Assembly (NCBI GenBank): GCA_964448075.1
Contig: CAYUUR010000001.1
Span: 65,785-129,784, forward strand
Length of the DNA: 64,000 nt
Source: an uncultured Candidatus Saccharibacteria bacterium
Lineage (GTDB): Bacteria; Patescibacteriota; Saccharimonadia; Saccharimonadales; CAYUUR01
Direction of reading: 5' to 3'
Part shown: piece after piece, positions 40,401 to 48,411 of the stretch
How the letters are laid out: each line of letters starts with the position of its first letter
Position numbering within the stretch: the stretch's first letter is position 1
Made by a program: the position numbers and the translations under genes
Notes under the pieces: model-generated
Databases searched by the model: none
The model's input: only the letters and a program-made list of their open reading frames with translations
What the model was told of the DNA's origin: nothing

Positions 40401-41094
40401 TGACACAGGGTATGGATAGATCTTGCGCAAGCTTCTGCGTGCGTTCAGTCACAAGGACCTGTTCATCCCACTTGCTTGGATGGTCTGGATGACCATGATC
40501 TTGAATCTCTAAGTAATAACGGTCGCCAAACACCTTCTTGTACCAAGAAGCGATTTCATGAGCTTGCTCATACTGATTCTGACGAAGCGCATCACCCACT
40601 TCCCCACCAATACAACCACTGAGAACAATCAGACCTTCAGAATACTTTTCAAGAATTTCATGATCAATGCGTGGCTTATAGTAATAGCCGTGTAAGTTTG
40701 CCTCGCTACTGAGCCTCATGAGATTCTGATAGCCAGTATTATTCATAGCCAGCAAAATAAGGTGGTAATAGACCTTATCCTTGCCAGGCTCTTTGTCGGT
40801 CATACCACGACTGGCAACATATGCCTCCATGCCAAGCACTGGTTTTATACCTGTTGCAGCAGCTTGTTTATAAAACTCTATCAACCCCGAGAGCGTGCCA
40901 TGGTCAGTGATGGCAACAGCTTCCATGCCACATTCTTTTACGTAGTCCATGAGGGCCGGTATCTTGGTTAATCCATCAAGGAGACTGTACTGAGTATGGT
41001 TATGGAGGTGCACAAAATCAGACGGCCTAAGCTGTGTCTCAGCAGACGCCGCTCGTGCCGTGCTTTTCTTCTTACTCATACCCTCATCTTTCAC
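37423..41094 (-). CDS. dnaE: DNA polymerase III alpha subunit
   Basis: PHP domain (FVHLHNHTQYSLLDG), polymerase core, and OB-fold at the C-terminus. Start is GTG 41094 (6 nt after TATACT) or ATG 41079. Confidence 0.95.
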   Translation of the reverse strand: MKDEGMSKKKSTARAASAETQLRPSDFVHLHNHTQYSLLDGLTKIPALMDYVKECGMEAVAITDHGTLSGLIEFYKQAAATGIKPVLGMEAYVASRGMTDKEPGKDKVYYHLILLAMNNTGYQNLMRLSSEANLHGYYYKPRIDHEILEKYSEGLIVLSGCIGGEVGDALRQNQYEQAHEIASWYKKVFGDRYYLEIQDHGHPDHPSKWDEQVLVTERTQKLAQDLSIPCVITSDAHYLRHEDQEAHEILLCVQTGSYLSDSDRMSLSAFELHVTRPEEIIARWGKTNPDAILNTKLIADRCEVSIELGKILIPKFPVPKGKTEKTYLHELIYQGLAMRYGGKSEPEAQKLSIKDIQKLVSDEVNTRVEYELSVVDNMGFNGYFLIISDFINWGKSEGIVFGPGRGSAAGSIIAYALKITELDPLQYDLLFERFLNPDRISMPDIDIDIQDTRRDEVIQYCVDKYGTDRVANIVTFGRMAARNAVRDVSRVLQVPYAEADRLAKMIPPPVQGRHIPLEKSLVDNDDLKREYETSEQSQRVFDLAVQLEGTIRSHGVHAAGVVIAPDEIVKFTPLEMAQKGVVATQYSMGPVEELGLLKMDFLGLSNLTIIKNTLRIIRKVYDKDIDINTLPLDDDLTFKLVQRGDTTGVFQFESAGMKRYLRELKPTVFDDIIAMGALYRPGPLSAGLTDSFIKRKNGEEAVTYEHPLMKAALENTYGVLVYQEQFMQISRDVCGFTGGEADTLRKAIGKKNRELMQKMEKRFIEGAVENGIPRSLIEKFWKQLLGFADYCFNKSHSACYGLIAYQTAYLKAHYPAAFMAALMTSDYDDTDRLAIEITECSHMGIKVMPPDVNESFVEFAVVPETESIRFGMAAIKNVGTGAVEEILRARELEGSFASLEDFLSKVNSRVVNRKALESLIKSGAFDRFGDRSTLLSNLDAIVAFAARLQKEQNNGQTDLFGALEDDARAMPQLNLEAAPHLYPLREQLQWERELLGLYLSQHPLSAYELFLAEQTIPLESLLPEHDGKAVTIGGIVSDFREITTKKGQKMAFVKIADLKTEIELILFPNAFQQTIGLWEKDRVLLIRGKINAKDRDGNPSDEVKVMVDDAREITAEQASAYQATGKAKKIPKARVATKNKTKAKAAPGASSKLYIRLNDSSNQQALQDLKRLIDATPGEREVVLVIGNDSNKQIIKLPTKVQSDDKTLQEFHKLVGSQNVILK

Positions 41095-41152
41095 CTACTT
41101 AGTATAGAAAAATACGTTCAGAATATCGAGTAGTTAAGCGAGGTTTACAACA

Positions 41153-41409
41153 TTATCTAGAGGATTCGATTGAATCAGAAATATTTTTTGATATTTCACC
41201 TACCCATGGCACAGAATCAAAAAAGGACAAACCCCATAAAAGCAAAGCAATCAACAGAGTAGCCCCGAGCACCGTGCAAAACCAACAAATACACCTTTAA
41301 GAAAGCTCATCTTATAGAACCGGCGACTGTTGATATATCCCGTTTCGTACAAAGTTACGAGGGTTTGACCAAGCTGTTCAAGCTCTTGTTTGCTATGTTT
41401 CTCGGTCAT
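41153..41409 (-). pseudogene. Small membrane-protein gene interrupted by a 1-nt frameshift (about 84-85 aa if repaired)
   Basis: Frame A runs 41409..41251 (MTEKHSKQELEQLGQTLVTLYETGYINSRRFYKMSFLKGVFVGF then ARCSGLLC-stop). Frame B continues to TAA at 41153 (CTVLGATLLIALLLWGLSFFDSVPWVGEISKNISDSIESSR). A single hydrophobic helix spans the frame junction at GGTTTTG. Total length is 257 nt, i.e. 3n-1. Confidence 0.5.
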
Positions 41410-41415
41410 CTTGCT

Positions 41416-41823
41416 TTAAGATGATTTACTCAAGAACTTCTTGAGGTGGTCGATTGCATTGTCAGCATCTTTGATAGCGCTCTGTAGATCTTTGTCGTCC
41501 GATCCGCCTTCATGCACAGCAGACAAAACTTCACGTGCCTTGTCTTTGGCTGCTACCGCTAGTTCGATTGCCTTTTGTAGGTCTTTTTGACCGGTAACCT
41601 TTATGTCGCCAACGGACTTCCTCGCTTTAGCGATTAACTTATCAAGATCGCTGTGGAGTGCTTTCAAACGCTTTTCTGATTCTCGTTTGGCCTGAATTGC
41701 CTTATCCTGAATATCTTTGCGTGTTTCTTTGCCGCTTTTTGGAGCTGTTAAGATACCGGTGAGATAACCGATTCCAGCCGCTAGAACGGTACCAACTGCA
41801 ATTCGTTTGGTTTCTTTTTTCAT
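41416..41823 (-). CDS. YtxH-domain general-stress-type protein
   Basis: 135 aa with an N-terminal helix (GTVLAAGIGYLTGILTAPKSGKETRKD) and a Lys/Asp-rich coiled region. GAGGAGG SD. Confidence 0.8.
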   Translation of the reverse strand: MKKETKRIAVGTVLAAGIGYLTGILTAPKSGKETRKDIQDKAIQAKRESEKRLKALHSDLDKLIAKARKSVGDIKVTGQKDLQKAIELAVAAKDKAREVLSAVHEGGSDDKDLQSAIKDADNAIDHLKKFLSKSS

Positions 41824-41848
41824 GATGTCCTCCTCTTAAGTAACGACG

Positions 41849-42103
41849 TTATTTTTTCTTCTTGAAGGCTTCTGTAATATTGCCAATCAAACGGCCAATC
41901 GCTACGGGTCCAGCGGTTTTCTCAAAAAAGTCTGTGATATGATCTGCTTTATCTGCAATACTTTCAGCTTTATCAACGATGACCCGAACATGCTTGAGTA
42001 CTTTTATGACCATTGCCATTACTACGATACTGAGCACCAAGAAAATCGCCAGCATGACCGAGAGCATTATTACTAAGATGTCGTAACTTGTTGTAGTGTC
42101 CAT
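41849..42103 (-). CDS. Small membrane protein, DUF948-like (from memory)
   Basis: 84 aa with one N-terminal TM helix and a helical tail. Its position upstream of ytxH mirrors the ytxG-ytxH arrangement in Firmicutes. Confidence 0.55.
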   Translation of the reverse strand: MDTTTSYDILVIMLSVMLAIFLVLSIVVMAMVIKVLKHVRVIVDKAESIADKADHITDFFEKTAGPVAIGRLIGNITEAFKKKK

Positions 42104-42129
42104 ATGTCCTTTTATTATACACTATCCTG

Positions 42130-43026
42130 CTACAAGGATAGTTTCGTTTTCAGATATGACAGAAAGTCCTTGTTAACGTGGGGATCTTTAAGTGCGAAGT
42201 CGACTACGGTTTTGAGGTACTCAAGCTTATTGCCGGTGTCATAATAACGTGCTTTCTGAAGCAGGCAACCAAACAGCCGTTTATTGTCTCTGATCATCGG
42301 CTCCAATACGTATGTTGTCAAGAAAAACTCGTCATCAGGTTTTATATGAGCTTTGCCTTGCTCAATATACGCAAATACTTCTGGAGTTAACAAGTAGCCA
42401 CCGACACTGGCAAAATGAGAGGGAGCATTCGCTCTGCCAGGTTTTTCCACTAACTCGCTCATTTGAAGCACGCCTGGCGACACTTCGCTTCCATTAATGA
42501 TTCCATAGCGCTCAAAGTCACTATCTTTCAATGCAGGTATGCACGGCAAGATGCAAGACTGATACGTATCGTACCAAGCAATCATTTGCTTAAACCTGTT
42601 GGGTTCTGCAGTAATAATGTCGTCAGCAAAGGTATAAATAAAGGGTTCGTCACCAATAAGATGCGCTACATTCATAAGCGGTGTCGCGCTGCCATATGGC
42701 CCCTTCTGGCGCACATAAGCGAAGTTTGCAAGATCAGAGATCTTTTTAGTGTCTTCGAGTAGCTCTAGTTTCCCTGATTGTTTAAGATTCTTATGTAAAT
42801 CTGCACTCATTTGATCAAAATGATCCTCGATTGAGCGCTTGTGATAACCAGTTACTATCACGATGTCTTCTATACCGGCTTCAACTAATTCTTCAACGAT
42901 GTACTGAATTATCGGCTTGTCGACGAGTGGGAGCATTTCTTTGGGCATAGCCTTAGTCTGCGGCAAAAAACGCGTTCCAAAGCCAGCTGCGGCAATCACA
43001 GCCTTTCGTACAGTTGGTTTACTCAT
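42130..43026 (-). CDS. galU: UTP--glucose-1-phosphate uridylyltransferase
   Basis: 298 aa with the AAGFGTRFLPQTKAMPKEMLP signature. TGcTACAAT lies 6 nt upstream of the ATG. Confidence 0.9.
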   Translation of the reverse strand: MSKPTVRKAVIAAAGFGTRFLPQTKAMPKEMLPLVDKPIIQYIVEELVEAGIEDIVIVTGYHKRSIEDHFDQMSADLHKNLKQSGKLELLEDTKKISDLANFAYVRQKGPYGSATPLMNVAHLIGDEPFIYTFADDIITAEPNRFKQMIAWYDTYQSCILPCIPALKDSDFERYGIINGSEVSPGVLQMSELVEKPGRANAPSHFASVGGYLLTPEVFAYIEQGKAHIKPDDEFFLTTYVLEPMIRDNKRLFGCLLQKARYYDTGNKLEYLKTVVDFALKDPHVNKDFLSYLKTKLSL

Positions 43027-43044
43027 ACGCTTATTGTAGCATTG

Positions 43045-43947
43045 CTACTCACGTACCAGGACGACATTAGGACTTCTATTGAACTGGACTTGCACACCGT
43101 CGCCCACACTCAGCCGACCCGCGACCGATGCATAGGTATGTAAGAGATTCTGTCCGAAGTATCGTCCGCCCTTGGCATCAGGTTTTGTGATGTCGCGTCC
43201 CTCTCGTGATGCGAGGAAACTGTGCAGTATTGACACCTCACCACGTGTACCGGCAAACTCACCGTTTTGACGGATTCCGGTCATCGTGCACCGCTTGCAA
43301 GCCCTCACGGCAAAGGCCTTAAAGTCACCGATTCTTATAGATGTAATATAATCTTCTCGGCCAGGTTCAATATCGCCATCAATCACAATGTTTGGTCGGA
43401 ATCGGTTCATCGGCACCAGTTGTTCCGAAAGCCCCTGCGCAGCGCGTAATTCTCGCAATGTAGGCTGGGATGTAAGTAAGAGCGGGAAGCCATCGCCAAA
43501 GGCGACCTGATTAACAGCACCACTGCGTCGATATCCAGGTTCAACATACCTAGGTTCAGCGCGTGAGGCGCGCACCAACCATGCAGTCTTATTAAGTAGG
43601 TCACAGAAAAACTCATCGGAATCTTGAGATTGGCGTAAGCCACGGGCATCACTGTCATGCACGGTTGTAGCCATCGGTCGTTTTTCTCGCTCGTCATAGT
43701 TCAGCGGAATGGCAACTTCACCGTGCTTATCAGCACTCAGCCGTAACGTATTACCATTGATCTCTGTCTGCACGGAGCCCAATATTCCCATTGTGCGTTG
43801 GGACATAAATGTACCATCTGGCTTAACCACCATAAACTCGCGGTCGTATGCAAAACCCGTTTCCACCACTTCAGCAGTCGGCAGTGCTATGCCTTGGCAG
43901 GATTTAACAGGGTAAATATTTAGTTCAGAAACAACAATATCGTTCAT
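43045..43947 (-). CDS. MOSC domain-containing protein (MOSC_N beta-barrel + MOSC)
   Basis: 300 aa with LNIYPVKSCQG at the N-terminus, RFRPNIVI and a conserved Cys context (CKRCTMT). Confidence 0.85.
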   Translation of the reverse strand: MNDIVVSELNIYPVKSCQGIALPTAEVVETGFAYDREFMVVKPDGTFMSQRTMGILGSVQTEINGNTLRLSADKHGEVAIPLNYDEREKRPMATTVHDSDARGLRQSQDSDEFFCDLLNKTAWLVRASRAEPRYVEPGYRRSGAVNQVAFGDGFPLLLTSQPTLRELRAAQGLSEQLVPMNRFRPNIVIDGDIEPGREDYITSIRIGDFKAFAVRACKRCTMTGIRQNGEFAGTRGEVSILHSFLASREGRDITKPDAKGGRYFGQNLLHTYASVAGRLSVGDGVQVQFNRSPNVVLVRE

Positions 43948-44024
43948 TGGGCGCTATTATACGCCTGCAGATATCTTTGACAACTATGGAATCATTTGCC
44001 TGAGGCGTACAATACAGTATTACA

Positions 44025-44723
44025 ATGGAGATTCCGACATTTGACAGCACTGCATACCAGCACCTTTACGACGCGGTAGCCGAGCGTGCAGAACGTGGGT
44101 ATGTTGACCTTCCCTATCACAATTGGCAACATGCACAACAGACACAACAAGTCGCCAGAAAACTCTTTGAACGCTGTCTAACGCATGATGTTCAACTTAA
44201 TCCATTCGTCCTTGATGCGGCAAGCTTGCTGCACGACTATGATTATCATGTGCCGCTGCCAGCTGGAAGTCAGTATCGAAGTAAAGAAATTCGTTCTTCA
44301 CGTGCCGCTGGCAAGATCTTGCGTAGCATTGACATCGAACCGAAGATTATTCGCCAAGTGCAGTCAGCCATACGCAGTACTGAGCTTGGCGTTTCTTGCC
44401 GAAGCCTAGAAGATCGAGCGCTGCGCCAAGCTGACCTAAATAACGTTACAGGAAGCTATGGCTCGTTTTTACTTAACACGTTCCGTTTGTATCGCGAAGC
44501 ACAACAGCTCAATGAGAAACCCCCAGTACTCCCCGTTTTTATACTTGGATCAGTCGCTGTACTGACGCAATATGCGCACGAAGACGTAAGTCTTGGACCG
44601 TTTGATCAGAACCCAAATTTTATGGAAGCAATGTTTATAAACATCGATCGCCTACGTCAGGAAACGCCAGTGAGCTTTATGCAAGGTGTTTACGGGTTTA
44701 TTTATCAGAAAGTTGCTTCTTGA
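44025..44723 (+). CDS. Hypothetical protein, possible HD-domain phosphohydrolase
   Basis: 232 aa with HNWQHAQQ and LLHDYDYH, His/Asp clusters in HD-like spacing. The 3' end overlaps gatB convergently by 26 nt. Confidence 0.5.
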   Translation: MEIPTFDSTAYQHLYDAVAERAERGYVDLPYHNWQHAQQTQQVARKLFERCLTHDVQLNPFVLDAASLLHDYDYHVPLPAGSQYRSKEIRSSRAAGKILRSIDIEPKIIRQVQSAIRSTELGVSCRSLEDRALRQADLNNVTGSYGSFLLNTFRLYREAQQLNEKPPVLPVFILGSVAVLTQYAHEDVSLGPFDQNPNFMEAMFINIDRLRQETPVSFMQGVYGFIYQKVAS

Positions 44724-46176
44724 TGAGCGCTTGCGCCATCTGAGGATTGGCTTTGCCTTGGGATGCCTTCATCACCTGACCGACCAAGAAGCCAATTACC
44801 TTCATTTCGCCGTTTTTTACATCAGCGGCAGCCTGAGGGTTATTGGCAAGGACTTCAGCAACAATCGCCTCGATAGCACCTTCATCTGACTCTTGTAAAT
44901 AGCCTTGTTCTGATGCGTACTTCTCAAAATCTTTTGGTGCTGTGTTTGTCTTAAGCAACTCCGCCAGTAGTGACTTAGCGCCTGTAGAACTTACCTTTGA
45001 AGCTTTGACCAGAGAAATCAGACCTGCATATATTGCTCGGCGCACTTCATCAGTTGGAGCTTCAAGCGAATCGTTATCTTTCCGTAATGGTATCTCAATA
45101 TTCACAAACCAGTTTGCCAATGACTTAGCCATCTCTTTGTCGTCCAGATATTTTTCGAGATGTGCAAGATAGTATACAGACTCATCTTCGAGTTCCGCCA
45201 TCAGCAGCGTGTCAGTCTGACTTTCGTCTAGACCTAAACTTCCAAGCCGCTTTCGCCACTCATCGGGTAGGGTTGGCATCGTTTTGCGTATTGCTTCAAT
45301 GTAGTTATCACTTAGTACAATCGGCGGTATGTCGGGGTCGGGCATATAGCGATAGTCATGGGCCTCTTCTTTGCTGCGCTGACTAAATGTCTTTTGCTTG
45401 GCATCGTCCCAGCCACGTGTTTCTTGTACGATCGCCTCACCCTTTTCGAGTTGTTCAATTTGCCGATCAATCTCAAACAGCGCAGCTCGTTCAACGCTCT
45501 TAAAGCTGTTCAAGTTCTTGGTTTCAGTGCGCGTGCCTAGTTCCTTGGTTTTACTAACACTCACGTTAACGTCAAAACGCATATTTCCGTAGTACAGATT
45601 AGCGTCTGAAACACCCGCATAACGCATGCGTATATAGAGTTCTTTGGCATAAATACGTGCTTCTACCGCGGAGTGCATGTCAGGCTCTGAGACGATTTCG
45701 AGCAAAGGGGTTCCAGCACGATTAAGATCAACGAGGCTATAGTCTTTGCCCGCTGGATGGGTGCTTTTGCCTGCATCCGCTTCAAGATGGGCTTCGTGAA
45801 TGCCAATTACCTTTTCCGTGCCATCAACTGTTATCGTAATCTTGCCATCACGGATAATCGGTCGCTCAAACTGAGTGATCTGATAGCCCATAGGTAGATC
45901 TGGGTAGAAATAATGCTTGCGATCAAAAGAACTGACTTTCTGTGGAGCAGTGCCCAGGGCAAATGCTGCTTTTGTTGCCAGCTCGACAGCTTTTTCGTTT
46001 AGCACCGGCAACGCACCAGGCATGCCAATGTCGATATGGCTAATAAGTGTATTCGGCGGTGCTTCGCGGGCATCGTTACCTACTGCCGAGAAAAGCTTGG
46101 TCTTGGTTTTTAGCTGAACATGGCATTCGATCCCAATAGTTACTGTATATTGCTGTCGTGTTTCTAGGCTGATCAC
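44698..46176 (-). CDS. gatB: Asp/Glu-tRNA(Asn/Gln) amidotransferase subunit B
   Basis: 492 aa with IGIECHVQL, conserved GatB blocks and a C-terminal YqeY-like tail. Confidence 0.95.
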   Translation of the reverse strand: MISLETRQQYTVTIGIECHVQLKTKTKLFSAVGNDAREAPPNTLISHIDIGMPGALPVLNEKAVELATKAAFALGTAPQKVSSFDRKHYFYPDLPMGYQITQFERPIIRDGKITITVDGTEKVIGIHEAHLEADAGKSTHPAGKDYSLVDLNRAGTPLLEIVSEPDMHSAVEARIYAKELYIRMRYAGVSDANLYYGNMRFDVNVSVSKTKELGTRTETKNLNSFKSVERAALFEIDRQIEQLEKGEAIVQETRGWDDAKQKTFSQRSKEEAHDYRYMPDPDIPPIVLSDNYIEAIRKTMPTLPDEWRKRLGSLGLDESQTDTLLMAELEDESVYYLAHLEKYLDDKEMAKSLANWFVNIEIPLRKDNDSLEAPTDEVRRAIYAGLISLVKASKVSSTGAKSLLAELLKTNTAPKDFEKYASEQGYLQESDEGAIEAIVAEVLANNPQAAADVKNGEMKVIGFLVGQVMKASQGKANPQMAQALIKKQLSDK

Positions 46177-46580
46177 TTGAGTGCTCCCAAATCTTTCAAT
46201 GCTTGTCGAATACCAAAAAGCGCATCTTGAACGTCAGTTTTAGACAACTTAGTGTTTGGGTCTTCTGCGATTTTTTTCGCAAGTTTATGTCCGTACCATA
46301 CACCGTCATTGTCGGTTAGATCCCGCTGTGCAGAAACAAGCTTCTCGCCAAAGCTTTTGCCCTTATAATTGCGACTCTTCAGTGCTTTACCGAGTAGTGC
46401 ATCGGCACGCGTGACCGCATCAGCCCAACAAGCTTTGTCTCCACATAATTTTTGCAGATCAGCCCATTGATCACGATAATAATTGTGTTTTAGTTTGCGC
46501 GGTCGTTTTTTGTATACAATCAGTCCACCACACATCATACAAACCACCACAACTGCAATAAGCACTATGTACATGATCAT
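46173..46580 (-). CDS. Hypothetical membrane-anchored protein inserted between gatA and gatB
   Basis: 135 aa with an N-terminal TM helix (IVLIAVVVVCMMCGGLIVY) and a helical soluble domain. 4-nt ATGA overlaps with both the gatA stop and the gatB start. Confidence 0.6.
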   Translation of the reverse strand: MIMYIVLIAVVVVCMMCGGLIVYKKRPRKLKHNYYRDQWADLQKLCGDKACWADAVTRADALLGKALKSRNYKGKSFGEKLVSAQRDLTDNDGVWYGHKLAKKIAEDPNTKLSKTDVQDALFGIRQALKDLGALK

Positions 46581-48001
46581 GTTGCTACCTCTAAGGCTTT
46601 TGCGTGCATTAATAATGTTCTGTCCTGTTTCTGTGCGGCCATTAGCTGAACGCCAATCGGTAAGGGACCTTCGTGTGCCGCAGGAATACTTATTGCCGGT
46701 ATGCCAACTAAACTAGCCGAAACAGTCATAATGTCGATTAGATACATCTTTAACGGATCATCGATGTTTTCGCCGATTTTAAATGCGGTTACTGGTGCAG
46801 TTGGACCTATAAGCACGTCAACTTCCTTAAAAGCTGACGCAAATTCATGTATAAGTTTTGTGCGGACTTCTTGAGCGCGCTTGTAGTATGCATCATAGTA
46901 GCCGCTACTGAGTACATACGTACCGATCATAATACGGCGTTTTGCTTCTCTTCCAAAGCCTTCACTGCGAGCAGTACTAAAGCTTTCTTCAAGGTCTTTA
47001 GCTGCTGGAGCGTGATGTCCATAGTGTTGCCCATCGTAGCGGCTGAGGTTACTACTGACTTCTGCAGGACACACAATGTAATACACTGCTAACGCCAGCG
47101 GTAGCGACGGTAAGCTTACCTCAGTAATAATCGCTCCTTTGGTTTTGGCAGCTTCGATAGTGTCGGTAACAGCCTTCTTTACAGCTGGATCAACGGCATC
47201 TGTCATATATTCTTTGACGACGCCAATCTTGACACCCTTGAGATTCAAGCTTTCCCCAGAGTACCCCGCCTTGTCAGCCTCAATAGTTGTACCGTCGCGT
47301 TCATCAAGACCAGCGATTACATTCATGACATACGCAATGTCTTCTACGTGCATCGCTAACGGACCAATAACATCTGTACTACTCGCCATCGCTACGACTC
47401 CAGAGCGCGAAACGAGGCCATATGTCGGCTTGAAACCAACTGAACCAGTGAATGCTGCTGGCAAACGTATAGAGCCACCTGTGTCCGTACCAAGCGCAAA
47501 TGGCGCCAGACCCAAGACAACGGCTGCGCCCGATCCACCGCTACTACCGCCGGGAACGCGAGTCTTGTCATGAGGGTTTTTCGTAATCATGAAGTCGCTG
47601 TTTTCTGTACTCGAACCGTGCGCAAATGCGTCAAGGTTAGCCTTTGCTACGCATATAGCGCCAGCCGCTTCGAGCCGTTCAATAACCGTCGCCTGATAAG
47701 GAGCTTCAAAGCCTTTCAAAATATTGCTGGCAGCAGTGGTCTCAGCCCCAAATGTCAAAAAGTTATCTTTTGCAATAAACGGCACGCCTGCAAGTGGACC
47801 AACTTCAACGCCCTGGGCGATTTGCTCATCAATCTGCTTAGCCCGTGCACGGGCGCGATCCTCGGTCTTTGCAATGATAGCTTGATACTCAGCATGCTCG
47901 TCAATCAACTTAAGCGACTTCTCTACTTGAGAGAGGGCAGTAACTGCGCCAGAGCTAACCTCTTTTGCCAACGCTTCAATACTTGGCCAGACAGACTTCA
48001 T
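46577..48001 (-). CDS. gatA: Glutamyl-tRNA(Gln) amidotransferase subunit A
   Basis: 474 aa with the amidase signature GGSSGGSGAAV and the Ser-cisSer-Lys context. Confidence 0.95.
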   Translation of the reverse strand: MKSVWPSIEALAKEVSSGAVTALSQVEKSLKLIDEHAEYQAIIAKTEDRARARAKQIDEQIAQGVEVGPLAGVPFIAKDNFLTFGAETTAASNILKGFEAPYQATVIERLEAAGAICVAKANLDAFAHGSSTENSDFMITKNPHDKTRVPGGSSGGSGAAVVLGLAPFALGTDTGGSIRLPAAFTGSVGFKPTYGLVSRSGVVAMASSTDVIGPLAMHVEDIAYVMNVIAGLDERDGTTIEADKAGYSGESLNLKGVKIGVVKEYMTDAVDPAVKKAVTDTIEAAKTKGAIITEVSLPSLPLALAVYYIVCPAEVSSNLSRYDGQHYGHHAPAAKDLEESFSTARSEGFGREAKRRIMIGTYVLSSGYYDAYYKRAQEVRTKLIHEFASAFKEVDVLIGPTAPVTAFKIGENIDDPLKMYLIDIMTVSASLVGIPAISIPAAHEGPLPIGVQLMAAQKQDRTLLMHAKALEVAT

Positions 48002-48294
48002 TAAACAATCATCCTTTTGACCTTAAAGTGGGATTTCTCGATCGAAGGAGCGTTCTTCAGTAGCTGTGCAGGGTCAGGACCGTAAGACTTTTCCTCATCT
48101 GGACGCATCACATTCTTAAGGCCAGTTACTTGGTAGGTAGGTTCCAGTCCGGCTACATCGGCACTTTGTAGCTGTTCAACATACTGCAGTATGGCACTCA
48201 TTTCCGCCGCAAACTGTTCGACTTCGCTATCTGTGAGAGTAAGCCGAGAGAGTTTGGCCAACTTTAAGACATCATCACGCGTAATTTTGCTCAT
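48001..48294 (-). CDS. gatC: Asp/Glu-tRNA amidotransferase subunit C
   Basis: 97 aa from MSKITRDDVLKLAKLSRLTLTDSEVEQF. The ORF-track start 48405 adds a non-conserved hydrophobic extension. TGgTATACT lies 10 nt upstream of ATG 48294. Confidence 0.88.
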   Translation of the reverse strand: MSKITRDDVLKLAKLSRLTLTDSEVEQFAAEMSAILQYVEQLQSADVAGLEPTYQVTGLKNVMRPDEEKSYGPDPAQLLKNAPSIEKSHFKVKRMIV

Positions 48295-48411
48295 ATGTTC
48301 GCTTAGTATACCACCATTTGACAGAGATAGACCAGATCCGCAGAAAAGAATCTTTACAAAGTTATATAACAGGACTACGCTAAGAACAAGCATTATGAAA
48401 GACACTACGCA

